From an uncultured Actinomycetota bacterium (GTDB taxonomy: Bacteria; Actinomycetota; Humimicrobiia; Humimicrobiales; Humimicrobiaceae): 58,865 nucleotides of DNA. This document shows, in pieces, positions 41,130 to 50,224 of the stretch; positions within the stretch are counted from its first letter, which is position 1; every line of letters starts with the position of its first letter. The DNA is taken from positions 1 through 58,865 of the forward strand of contig CAYGYY010000001.1 of the NCBI GenBank assembly GCA_964354265.1, written 5' to 3'. The translations under genes were made by a program, and so were the position numbers. The notes under the pieces are model-generated. The model did no database searches. It saw only the letters and a list, made by a program, of their open reading frames with translations, and was not told the DNA's origin.

Positions 41130-41603
41130 ATGAGAATCGGTATTGGCTATGATGTACATTCATTTAAAAAAGGAAGAAAGCTTGTACTTGGTGGTGTTGA
41201 AATAGAGCACTGCGCTGGTCTTGAAGGACACTCCGATGCAGACGTAATAATACACTCCATAATGGACGCGCTTCTTGGTGCGGCGGGTTTAAGTGACATA
41301 GGGGTCTATTTCCCAAATAATGATGACAAATATAAAAATATAGCAAGTACTGTCCTGCTTGTTGAAGTCAGGGAAATTGTAAGAAAGGCCGGGTACAGGG
41401 TAGTAAACATTGATTCTGTCCTTATTATGGAAGAGCCAAAAATATCAGGTTTTGTTCCAAAAATGAAGGAAAATATAGCCCTTGCGCTTGAAATTTTACC
41501 ATCACAGTTAGGCATAAAAGCTACCACCAGCGAGGGCCTTGGATTCTGTGGCAGAAAAGAAGGAGCAGAGGCTAAGAGCGTTGCTTTGATAGAATCTATA
41601 TAG
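41130..41603 (+). CDS. ispF: 2-C-methyl-D-erythritol 2,4-cyclodiphosphate synthase
   Basis: 157 aa. RIGIGYDVH and HSDADV. Confidence 0.95.
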   Translation: MRIGIGYDVHSFKKGRKLVLGGVEIEHCAGLEGHSDADVIIHSIMDALLGAAGLSDIGVYFPNNDDKYKNIASTVLLVEVREIVRKAGYRVVNIDSVLIMEEPKISGFVPKMKENIALALEILPSQLGIKATTSEGLGFCGRKEGAEAKSVALIESI

Positions 41604-41667
41604 GCATATGGATTAAAAACTGTATTTCACATTTTTATAAAATTGATAAAATTACTAAAGGTGACAT

Positions 41668-42345
41668 ATGGGTTTAATTGCAGATTTAACAGAACTTATT
41701 TCAGCAGCAAAGGAAAGAGACCCTGCTGCAGTAAGCACTGCTGAGATTTTTTTTACATATTCAGGCGTCCATGCGATTATAAATCACAGGATCGCCCACT
41801 GGTGGTGGAAACATAAAGTTCCTTTCATACCAAGATCTATTTCCCAGATTTCGAGATTTTTCACCGGCATCGAAATACACCCGGGGGCAGAGGTAGGAAA
41901 GAATATTTTTATAGATCATGGGATGGGGGTTGTCATTGGGGAAACAACGATAATAGGAGATAATGTAACTATATTCCAGGGCGTAACACTTGGCGGCACT
42001 GGAAAAGAGCGAGGTAAAAGACACCCTACTATAGGAAATAATGTAGTTATTTCAGCAGGAGCAAAAGTCCTTGGTTCTATAACTATAGGCAATAATGTAA
42101 TAATAGGCGCAGGCGCAGTAGTAATTAAACCCGTCCCGGACGATTGTACAGTGGTCGGGATACCCGGGAGGATAGTCAAGGTAAAAGGTGAAAGGGTATT
42201 GTCTGATGAAGACCACAGGATGCATTTACCTGATCCTGTGAACGAGATATTAAATACGTGTAACCTGAAGATAGAGCAGCTTGAAAAAGAACTTGGGAAT
42301 TTAAAGAATGAGATAGGCGGCCTTAAAAAGGGAAAAAATCCATGA
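41668..42345 (+). CDS. cysE: Serine O-acetyltransferase
   Basis: 225 aa. Hexapeptide repeats, IHPGA and [11 protein letters not shown]. Confidence 0.9.
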   Translation: MGLIADLTELISAAKERDPAAVSTAEIFFTYSGVHAIINHRIAHWWWKHKVPFIPRSISQISRFFTGIEIHPGAEVGKNIFIDHGMGVVIGETTIIGDNVTIFQGVTLGGTGKERGKRHPTIGNNVVISAGAKVLGSITIGNNVIIGAGAVVIKPVPDDCTVVGIPGRIVKVKGERVLSDEDHRMHLPDPVNEILNTCNLKIEQLEKELGNLKNEIGGLKKGKNP

Positions 42346-43826
42346 GCCTGAAAATATATAATACTCTTTGCAGGAAAAAACGGGATTTCAAATCCATCGA
42401 TGAAATGAAAGTCCGGATGTATGTTTGCGGCCCCACCGTATATAACTTTGTCTCAATTGGTAATTCAAGGCCTTTAGTAGTCTTCAATATGGTAAGGAAT
42501 TACCTTGAACATCTTGGCTATAAAGTGGATTATGTTTCAAATATTACTGATATAGAAGACAAAATAATAAAAAAAGCAAATGAGGAAAATGTTGATTTTA
42601 ATGTTATCACAGAAAAATATATAGAAGCTTATCTTGAAGACCTGGCAGGACTGGAAATAGGGGGTTTTTCTGCAATACCGAAAGCCAGCGAATTGATACC
42701 TGAAATCATTTTGATAATTTCAAGGATAATAGAAAACGGCTATGGCTACGAGTCAGCCGGGGACGTGTATTTTGATGTATCAGAATTAAAGGATTATGGC
42801 AAGCTCTCGGGCCAGAAGATCGAAGAAATGAAGGCCAGTGAAGAGGATACTTTTTCAAAAAGGTCTCCGATTGACTTTACTCTCTGGAAAAGAGCAAAAC
42901 CGGGTGAGCCTTTCTGGGATAGCCCCTGGGGTAATGGCAGGCCCGGCTGGCACATAGAATGCTCTGCAATGGCAATTAAATACCTGGATTATGGATTGGA
43001 TATACATGGGGGAGGGATAGATCTTGTATTCCCACATCATGAAAACGAAATAGCACAGTCTGAATCTGCTTTTCCTGATAGAGGGGATTTTGTAAATTAC
43101 TGGATGCATAACGGAATGATTGAAGTAAAAGAAGAAAAAATGTCCAAATCAAAGGGATTGAAGTCTGACTGGATTTTGCGAAATATACTTAAAAAATACT
43201 CTGCAAACGTTATAAAGTTTTATATGCTCTCAACCCATTACAGAAGCCCTCTGGAGTTCAGTCCAGGCAAACTTGAGGAGTCAAGGAAAGCCCTGGAAAA
43301 AATAACGAATTTCCTGAGGAATTTAAAGTTTTTGGCAGGTGCCGATAGTGTTGGTAACGGGCAATACGATAACCTTGAACCTGACAATATTTCTGCAGAA
43401 ATATATAGCAATATAAGAAAATTCAAATCTGGATTCAGGTCATCAATGGATGATGATTTCAACTCTGCCAAAGCAATAGGCGATATGTTTGACATTATAA
43501 AAAGCACCAATACTGTTATCCAGAACTCCGGTTTTAGAATCAGCACTCCAATAAATGAAAGCCTGAAAATGGTTTTTAGAGTCATTAATGAATATGGAAG
43601 AATATTGGGTTTTAACCTTGAAAAAGAACTGTCTATTTCTAAACAAATACTTAAGGGTCCGGTTTTACTTGAAGAGGCAGAAATAGAGGAACTCATTGAA
43701 CAGAGAAACAATGCCAGAAAGAACAATGATTTCAATAAAGCCGACGAGATAAGACAAAAGCTCAAAAATTATGGTATTATACTTGACGATAGAAAAGAGG
43801 GCACTCTCTGGAAAAGAGAATCCTGA
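42342..43826 (+). CDS. cysS: Cysteine-tRNA ligase
   Basis: 494 aa. CGPTVYN, class I HIGN-position variant SIGN, KMSKS and WHIEC. Confidence 0.95.
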   Translation: MSLKIYNTLCRKKRDFKSIDEMKVRMYVCGPTVYNFVSIGNSRPLVVFNMVRNYLEHLGYKVDYVSNITDIEDKIIKKANEENVDFNVITEKYIEAYLEDLAGLEIGGFSAIPKASELIPEIILIISRIIENGYGYESAGDVYFDVSELKDYGKLSGQKIEEMKASEEDTFSKRSPIDFTLWKRAKPGEPFWDSPWGNGRPGWHIECSAMAIKYLDYGLDIHGGGIDLVFPHHENEIAQSESAFPDRGDFVNYWMHNGMIEVKEEKMSKSKGLKSDWILRNILKKYSANVIKFYMLSTHYRSPLEFSPGKLEESRKALEKITNFLRNLKFLAGADSVGNGQYDNLEPDNISAEIYSNIRKFKSGFRSSMDDDFNSAKAIGDMFDIIKSTNTVIQNSGFRISTPINESLKMVFRVINEYGRILGFNLEKELSISKQILKGPVLLEEAEIEELIEQRNNARKNNDFNKADEIRQKLKNYGIILDDRKEGTLWKRES

Positions 43827-44638
43827 AAACTGAATACCTTTATGGAATCAATACAATCTGCTCACTGCTTAATAAAAATGCTGGCAGGAGAAAGATTTAT
43901 AAAATAATTGTAAATTCTGCTAAAAGAAATTCTTCCAGGATCCAGGAAATAATATCAAATGCAGGAAGACGCAATATCCAGGTAAACATCGTTAGACCAG
44001 GTGTATATACGGGATTAATGGAAAAGGTCTTTGAAGGAGGGCTTTTTCCTACTGAAGAGATTAGCAGTGCCCAGGGTATTATTGCTAATGTCTCCAGTTA
44101 TAATTACCATGACCTTGATTTGGACCTGAAGGAAAGGTTATTACTTTCAAAAAAAAATATCCTTGTAATGCTTGATAATATAACAGATGTGGGCAACTTT
44201 GGTGCAATATTAAGGAACTGCAGCGCATTTGGAGTGGATGGAGTGATTATATCAAAAAACAGGAGCGTAGAAGTAAGCCAAAGGGTTTCAAAAATATCCG
44301 CTGGGGCTCTTGAAGAAATAAGGGTCTATAATGTTATAAATATAGTAAGTACTATACAAAAATTGAAGAGGCATGATTTCTGGATTTATGGGACCAGTTT
44401 GGGCCAGAATACAGAAATAAAACCTGCAGATTCTCTGGATTATTTTTTCCCCCTTGCCGTTGTATTTGGCAGTGAGGGAAAAGGCATAGGAAAGCTTGTT
44501 GAACAAAACTGTGATTTTCTTGTAAAAATCGAAATGCCGGGCAGTATGCAATCATTGAATGTTTCAACTTCGAGCGGAATCATGCTATATCTGATAAATA
44601 ACTGCAGGAAGAGAAAAGGGTCCGATCCTGGAAAATAA
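43823..44638 (+). CDS. rlmB: 23S rRNA (guanosine-2'-O)-methyltransferase RlmB (SpoU/TrmH family); 5' boundary uncertain
   Basis: The track ORF (44018..44638) holds only the SpoU catalytic domain. The in-frame upstream 43826..44017 encodes [29 protein letters not shown]..., which looks like the SpoU substrate-binding N-domain, with no ATG, GTG or TTG. The proposed CTG start at 43823 overlaps the cysS TGA. Confidence 0.55.
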   Translation: MKTEYLYGINTICSLLNKNAGRRKIYKIIVNSAKRNSSRIQEIISNAGRRNIQVNIVRPGVYTGLMEKVFEGGLFPTEEISSAQGIIANVSSYNYHDLDLDLKERLLLSKKNILVMLDNITDVGNFGAILRNCSAFGVDGVIISKNRSVEVSQRVSKISAGALEEIRVYNVINIVSTIQKLKRHDFWIYGTSLGQNTEIKPADSLDYFFPLAVVFGSEGKGIGKLVEQNCDFLVKIEMPGSMQSLNVSTSSGIMLYLINNCRKRKGSDPGK

Positions 44639-44689
44639 GAAAAATGCTTATATTTTAAAGAAGGTTTTTTCAACAGAAAGAAAAAACAA

Positions 44690-45211
44690 ATGAAAGACCT
44701 GTATATAATTGACGGTTATAACTTTATCTTTAAAAACCGTAAGCCGCAGGAGCTTTCTTCCGAGCAAATCTCATATTTAAGGGAAAAGTTTCTCCGCCAG
44801 CTTGCACAATTCCAGAGTTTTAATTCATGCAGTGTTATTGCTGTTTTTGATGCAAAGCGAAGTTCAAACTCTGAGAGAAGCAGAATGATACAGGATAATA
44901 TTGAAATAATCTATTCAAAAAATGATGAATCTGCGGATAGCATTGTAGAAAGCATCGCAAACAGTAATAAAAGTTATGACAGGATTTTTGTTGTTACTTC
45001 AGACTATCTCCAGCAAAAAGTGGTTTTTAAGAAAAATATCTACAGAAAATCAATCAGGGAATTTGCTTGTGAACTTAAAGATTCGAGTGAAAAAATATCA
45101 GGCAAACTACTAAAGCAGAAATACTTTTCTGAAAAGGCTTTTTATTCAGTTGATAAAAGGATAAATAAAGTGGCAAGGGATAAGCTTGACAGGTTCAGGA
45201 AAAGTGAATAA
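44690..45211 (+). CDS. yacP: NYN-domain ribonuclease, YacP/Rae1 family
   Basis: 173 aa. LYIIDGYNFIF and VVTSD. Sits in the conserved position after rlmB. Confidence 0.8.
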   Translation: MKDLYIIDGYNFIFKNRKPQELSSEQISYLREKFLRQLAQFQSFNSCSVIAVFDAKRSSNSERSRMIQDNIEIIYSKNDESADSIVESIANSNKSYDRIFVVTSDYLQQKVVFKKNIYRKSIREFACELKDSSEKISGKLLKQKYFSEKAFYSVDKRINKVARDKLDRFRKSE

Positions 45212-46193
45212 CCCTGAAAACAATAATTTAAAGTACAGGTTTAATGTATTAATTTGGCTAGCCCTTATTCTGGTACTCATAATAACTTCATCTGTATTTA
45301 CCATCTTTATAACCGCATGCGGAATCCTTTATTATGACATAAAGGAACCACAAAAAGATCCAGAGACTGCTTTCAGTAAAAAGCAAATGGAATATGTAAA
45401 TGAAGAGGAGACTGTTGGAGGGGAGCAGGGTGCTTTTATTGTTGCGGAAGTCATAGACGGCGATACTTTTATACTTGGGAATGGTGAAAGAGTCAGGCTT
45501 ATAGGTATAAATACTCCCGAGGCAGGCATGTACTTTTATGAGGAAGCTAAAGATGTATTGCAGATAATGATTGAAGGTAAAGATGTTATTTTTGAAAAAG
45601 ATGTCTCCGAAAGGGATGATTATGGCAGGTTGCTGAGATATGTTTATTATGGCTCACTTTTTGTAAACCTGGAAATGGTTTTGAGGGGTTTCGCCAATTC
45701 TTTTACATATCCTCCCGATATAAAATACCAGGATAGATTTCTGGAAGCTGAAAGATATGCCAGGAATAATAATCTTGGCCTATGGGCTATTTCTTCGATT
45801 GCAGATGATAATAATGGATCTAAAAACAGCCAGGGCTCAAACAGCAATGATTCCGGCAAAAGCCAGGATTCAGTAATAGAAATCGGTATAACTGCTGACG
45901 CAAAAGGAAATGATAATATAAATATAAACGGCGAATTTATACTTATAAGGAATTCAAGCAATGAAGACTTTAATATTAGCGGCTGGACCATCAAGGATAG
46001 TGCAACTAATACGTATGTATTTCCAGCCTACCTGTTAGAAAAAGACAGTGAATTGGTTCTTTTTTCAGGAAATGGCACAGACGGGGATGGCAAATTTTAC
46101 TGGGGCAGCTCAATTCCTGTATGGAATAATGACCATGACTGCCTTTATTTGAGGGACACTTCAGGACTTCTGATAAAATATATCGCTTACTGA
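45186..46193 (+). CDS. Membrane-anchored thermonuclease (SNase) with C-terminal lamin-tail domain
   Basis: 335 aa. N-terminal TM helix, SNase motifs VIDGDTF..RVRLIGINTPE and RYARNNNLGLW, and an LTD-like EFILIRNSSNEDFNISGWTIKD. The start is TTG 45186 or GTG 45204. Confidence 0.8.
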   Translation: MTGSGKVNNPENNNLKYRFNVLIWLALILVLIITSSVFTIFITACGILYYDIKEPQKDPETAFSKKQMEYVNEEETVGGEQGAFIVAEVIDGDTFILGNGERVRLIGINTPEAGMYFYEEAKDVLQIMIEGKDVIFEKDVSERDDYGRLLRYVYYGSLFVNLEMVLRGFANSFTYPPDIKYQDRFLEAERYARNNNLGLWAISSIADDNNGSKNSQGSNSNDSGKSQDSVIEIGITADAKGNDNININGEFILIRNSSNEDFNISGWTIKDSATNTYVFPAYLLEKDSELVLFSGNGTDGDGKFYWGSSIPVWNNDHDCLYLRDTSGLLIKYIAY

Positions 46194-46251
46194 GCTCCAA
46201 CATGCACAGAACCTGGATTATATGACTGTTATAACCACACTCCTAAAAATA

Positions 46252-46785
46252 TCAGTAATCAAGATAATGTGATTCCTGTTTTTGCCAGAATTTTGGGGCG
46301 TTCATAAACTTTTTAAACCTGACTATAACAATATGTATCGCAATATTTATAAGCTGTACGACTGAAGGCCCTTTACCGGGAATAGCAAGGTGCATGCCTT
46401 CTATCCTGCTATCTACCCAGTTAACTATTGCAGAAGTATCTTCCATCCTGTGGTCGATTGGAGGCTGGAATTTTTTAAGCATTTCTACTCTGTCAAGATC
46501 TGCGGCTCCATCATAAATCTCAACCCAGACACATTTTTTCCCCTTATCGACTTCGCAGTTGCCATCAAAAGAACCGCCGCACTGGCCATTTCTTAAAGTC
46601 TTGGGGCATCTCATCGGGCAAACAAAACCAGTGGTTGACAGGATGCATTGTCCGCATGACCTGCAGTCAAAAAGAAGCCGTTTTAAAATTTCTTCAAAAA
46701 AATATAAAGGTTTATAAACACCGCGCATGTGCCAATTTTTTCTGGGTTTGGGGTCAAATTGCTGGATTTCGATATTATATGCCAT
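46252..46785 (-). CDS. MTHFR C-terminal domain (MetV-like) Cys-rich protein
   Basis: 177 aa. DCRSCGQCILSTTGFVCPMRCPKTLRNGQCGG..CEVD..KKCVW matches the MTHFR_C hallmark. Confidence 0.7.
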   Translation of the reverse strand: MAYNIEIQQFDPKPRKNWHMRGVYKPLYFFEEILKRLLFDCRSCGQCILSTTGFVCPMRCPKTLRNGQCGGSFDGNCEVDKGKKCVWVEIYDGAADLDRVEMLKKFQPPIDHRMEDTSAIVNWVDSRIEGMHLAIPGKGPSVVQLINIAIHIVIVRFKKFMNAPKFWQKQESHYLDY

Positions 46786-46890
46786 ATTTTCTCCTGTCAG
46801 TGCCGATAATTAATAATTGTTCTGCTAAAAAATATAAGACTATATTTAAAAAACCTTTTAAAATATGTGACTGAAATAAAAAATCAATTT

Positions 46891-46919
46891 AATTTATCAA
46901 AAATGAAATACAGTGTCAA
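46891..46919 (-). promoter_or_regulatory. Possible promoter for the MetV-like gene
   Basis: On the minus strand: TTGACA (46919-46914), 17 nt, then TAAATT (46896-46891). Confidence 0.3.
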
Positions 46920-46945
46920 CATAATTGTGTCCTATTTATGTTCTA

Positions 46946-48289
46946 TTAAATACCGAATTCTTCTTCGATGAAGTGGGTGTGGATCTTACCATCCCTGAAG
47001 TTCTTATTTGAAAGGATTCTTTTATGAAATGGTATTGTAGTTTTTATACCATCGATTTTAAATTCTCCAAGGGCCCTGATGGAACGCGAGATTGCTTCAT
47101 TTCTGTCGCTTCCCCATACAATCAGCTTAGCTATAAGTGAATCATAAAACGGAGGTACAAAATAATTTGAATGGATAAATGTATCGGTCCTGACGCCTGG
47201 ACCGCCTGGTAAAAAATAATCCGTTATCCTGCCAGGGTTTGGAGTAAACTTGTTTTCACTGTCTTCTGCATTTATTCTGAATTCAATTGCATTTCCAGAA
47301 GATATGATATCTCTTGATGTGTAGCTGTTTTTTAATCCGGTAGCCATCTTTATCTGCTCTTTTATGAGATCTATACCAGTAACAACTTCTGTGACAGGAT
47401 GCTCTACCTGTATCCTTGAGTTTATTTCTATAAAATAAAAGGCTTCATTTTCATCTACAAGGAATTCTATTGTACCGAGATTCTTGTAATTAACAGCATG
47501 CGCGGCCCTGACTGCAAATTCCTTTATTGTCCTTCTTGTTTTTTCGGAAAGGTTAGCTGCCGGTGCCTCTTCAATAAGTTTTTGATGCCTTCTCTGGATA
47601 GAGCACTCCCTCTCTCCAGCACATACAATATTTCCATAATTATCGGCTATTATCTGGAATTCTATGTGCCGGGGTTTCTGTATATATTTTTCAATATATA
47701 CATCACTTATTCCAAAGCTTGAAAGTGACTCTGATTTTGCCAGGGGGAAAAGCGACTCCATATCTTCCTTGGAGCTGCATATCCTCATACCTTTGCCGCC
47801 ACCTCCAAATGCAGCCTTGATTATTACAGGATACCCCAGTCTTTTCCCCAGGCCCAATGCAGCATTAAGGGATTCTACATTGCCGTCAGACCCGGGTATT
47901 ACCGGGACCCTGTTCTTCCTCATGACTTCTAAAGCCATTGATTTATTGCCGGAAAGGGAAATCACTTCTGCAGGCGGCCCAATGAAGGTTATATTATTGT
48001 CCCTGCACTTATCTTCAAATCCTGGATTTTCGGCAAGAAATCCATACCCGGGATGTAGAGCATCACAATTTGTAACTATTGCAGCGCTGATTATGCTTTC
48101 TATATTAAGATAGCTTTTTGCAGGGGGAGGCGGTCCAATGCAAATGCTCCTGTCTGCGATTTTTGTATGCATTGAATCCTTATCAGCAGTTGAATAAACA
48201 GCCACCGCTTCTATATCAAGCTCCCTGCAGGCCCTGATTATCCTTACAGCAATTTCACCCCTGTTGGCTATAAGTATTCTTTTAAACAT
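46946..48289 (-). CDS. accC: Biotin carboxylase
   Basis: 447 aa. ANRGEIA, HPGYGFLAEN, GGGGKGMR, ERECSIQRRHQKLIEEAP and RIQVEHPVTE. Confidence 0.9.
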   Translation of the reverse strand: MFKRILIANRGEIAVRIIRACRELDIEAVAVYSTADKDSMHTKIADRSICIGPPPPAKSYLNIESIISAAIVTNCDALHPGYGFLAENPGFEDKCRDNNITFIGPPAEVISLSGNKSMALEVMRKNRVPVIPGSDGNVESLNAALGLGKRLGYPVIIKAAFGGGGKGMRICSSKEDMESLFPLAKSESLSSFGISDVYIEKYIQKPRHIEFQIIADNYGNIVCAGERECSIQRRHQKLIEEAPAANLSEKTRRTIKEFAVRAAHAVNYKNLGTIEFLVDENEAFYFIEINSRIQVEHPVTEVVTGIDLIKEQIKMATGLKNSYTSRDIISSGNAIEFRINAEDSENKFTPNPGRITDYFLPGGPGVRTDTFIHSNYFVPPFYDSLIAKLIVWGSDRNEAISRSIRALGEFKIDGIKTTIPFHKRILSNKNFRDGKIHTHFIEEEFGI

Positions 48290-50195
48290 TTCCAGTTCCT
48301 TTTTCCAACCTTATCCTTATGATGACCTGGTCATATTCAACTGCTTCCTCGTTTTTAACAAGTATTTCTGTTATTTCACCATTATCCTCTGAATTTATCT
48401 TATTCATCAGTTTCATTGCTTCGATTATACAGAGAGTGTCTCCTTTTTTTATCCTGTCCCCGACATTTATAAACGGAGGTGCTTCCGGACTGGGAGACCT
48501 GTAAAAAGTGCCAACTATTGGCGATTTGACGTTTATAAGGTTTTCTGCGGTATCGCTCCCAGGAGCAGGACTTGCCAAGTTTTCAGCTCCCGGCGTTATT
48601 GCGGAACCGGCTATATCAGGGTTGACGCCTGGAAGCCCTGCCCCACCGGCTTTTTTGTTGATAGATATTTTTACTCCATCAATTTCAAGCTTTATTTCAT
48701 CAATATTGCTGGTTTCAACAAGATTTGTAATTTCCCTTATTTTCTTAAGGTCTAAATTTTCAAAATTTGCAACCTGCCTGGTATCAAAAAAATCCGGAAA
48801 TTTCAGGTCATTCATAGGCGGTAATATCATTTTACCGCCTGAGGGCTCCAGGGTTCCTGAAATTTTTTTATTTTCAAGCATTTTAAGAGTTTTTTCAGGA
48901 AAGAAAAGATAACTTAATATATCTTCCTGGCTTGAAGAAAAATCCTTAATTTCACCCGTACATTGTTCGAGTGTTCTGTCCTCCTGTGCTTCTTCACTGG
49001 AGGATTCTCCATCATTATAAGGAGGTTTTATTTTTTGGATAACTGCCAGGTCAACGTCCCTTGGTAATTTTCCATAATGGCCAGAAATCAGTTTTTTTAT
49101 CTCATCATTGGTTATTTCCCACCTGTAATCAGAAATTATACTGTTAAGGATAGCCTGGCTTCCGATTATCTGTCCGATTGGCGTAGCAAGCGAAGGATTT
49201 CCAATCTCATTCTTTATTTTAAAGAGTTCTTCCAGCACAAGATCTACTTTATTGCTTTCACCAATTTCATTTAACTGATAATTAATGCTTGAAAGAAGCC
49301 ATTTAGGGGCAAGGTTAATGTTTTTATTACTGAATAAAAATCTTGAATACATCACATCATTTCTAAGCATAGGGTATATATTCTGTTTGAACCATTCAAA
49401 TATCTCTATGATTTTGAGGTAGTTAAGGTCAGTTGACATTTCAGTATCTTTAAAACTTAATATAAGCGGAAAAATTGCCGGGCTTAGATCGTTATATGAA
49501 GACGGGATAAAGCTCAGGTCCACTCCAGAACAGCCTGAAAGGCATGCATTATAGTAGTTCGAAACCTGGAGCCCTCTCAGGTTATATGCGCTCATATAGA
49601 CAGGGATTTTAAGTGAATCAGTCAGTATCTTGAATAAGGCTGCGGTTTTTTGCGGTAGCATAGTGGATTCCACATCCTTAATGCAAATGCTGCTGCAGCC
49701 CATGTCGGAAAGTTTATTTGCGGTCAGCAGGTAAAAATCATTTTCACGGAAATCATCATATATTATTATGCCCTGGCAGCTGCACCCGTTTTCAACTATT
49801 ACCGGAACTGTAGTTTTGAAATTATTTATATCATTTAATGCGTCATAGACCCTGAATCTGTCAATTCCTGACCTGGAGCTCTGTTTTATGAAATTTTTTA
49901 TTACTGAATCAGGATAAATCTCAAGGCCTACAAGGTTTTTTGCTCCTATGAGGGCCTGTAATGTAATTTGTGGAGTCTTGTTCTTTATATAAGAAACTAT
50001 CTCGAAAGGCGATTTTGCAAAGTCGGTATCTATCATTTTTTCAAAAGCAGAACCACCAAAGACCTCCAGGCTTTCAAATTTTATTTTCTCCAGGTGCTCC
50101 ACTATCCTGCTCAGGAATTTTTCACTTATATAACCGGGATCGATATTCTGGAAGATATCCCTGATTGTAATATCATTTATTTTTATTTTTTTCAT
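48282..50195 (-). CDS. PycB/OadA-like carboxyltransferase-domain protein with C-terminal biotinyl (BCCP) domain; active-site motifs divergent
   Basis: 637 aa, collinear with the pyruvate carboxylase B subunit. Biotinylation motif IIEAMKLMN. The RDAHQS, RGQN and HxH motifs read RDIFQN, GAKN and SAY. Confidence 0.8.
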   Translation of the reverse strand: MKKIKINDITIRDIFQNIDPGYISEKFLSRIVEHLEKIKFESLEVFGGSAFEKMIDTDFAKSPFEIVSYIKNKTPQITLQALIGAKNLVGLEIYPDSVIKNFIKQSSRSGIDRFRVYDALNDINNFKTTVPVIVENGCSCQGIIIYDDFRENDFYLLTANKLSDMGCSSICIKDVESTMLPQKTAALFKILTDSLKIPVYMSAYNLRGLQVSNYYNACLSGCSGVDLSFIPSSYNDLSPAIFPLILSFKDTEMSTDLNYLKIIEIFEWFKQNIYPMLRNDVMYSRFLFSNKNINLAPKWLLSSINYQLNEIGESNKVDLVLEELFKIKNEIGNPSLATPIGQIIGSQAILNSIISDYRWEITNDEIKKLISGHYGKLPRDVDLAVIQKIKPPYNDGESSSEEAQEDRTLEQCTGEIKDFSSSQEDILSYLFFPEKTLKMLENKKISGTLEPSGGKMILPPMNDLKFPDFFDTRQVANFENLDLKKIREITNLVETSNIDEIKLEIDGVKISINKKAGGAGLPGVNPDIAGSAITPGAENLASPAPGSDTAENLINVKSPIVGTFYRSPSPEAPPFINVGDRIKKGDTLCIIEAMKLMNKINSEDNGEITEILVKNEEAVEYDQVIIRIRLEKGTGNV

Positions 50196-50224
50196 AATCT
50201 TTCCTTGTTACTTGCAGAAAAATT

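Noticed and set aside
41604-41667. Expected T-box leader upstream of cysE-cysS, as in Bacillus (also checked upstream of lysS)
   Set aside because: The gaps are only 64 nt (ispF to cysE) and 7 nt (greA to lysS), too short for a T-box or L-box. The genes appear to be read through from upstream.
43238-43765. 175 aa ORF antisense to cysS
   Set aside because: Ser/Leu-rich shadow of the cysS C-terminal region, fully nested in a confident gene.
44666-44689. GTTTTTTC..GAAAAAAC inverted repeat after rlmB as a possible terminator
   Set aside because: The stem is purely A/T except for its ends, no T-tract follows, and it overlaps the yacP ribosome-binding region.
48508-48912. 134 aa + strand ORF with a Pro/Ala/Gly-rich translation
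   Set aside because: It mirrors the Pro/Ala/Gly linker of the minus-strand CT-BCCP protein, so it is an antisense artefact.
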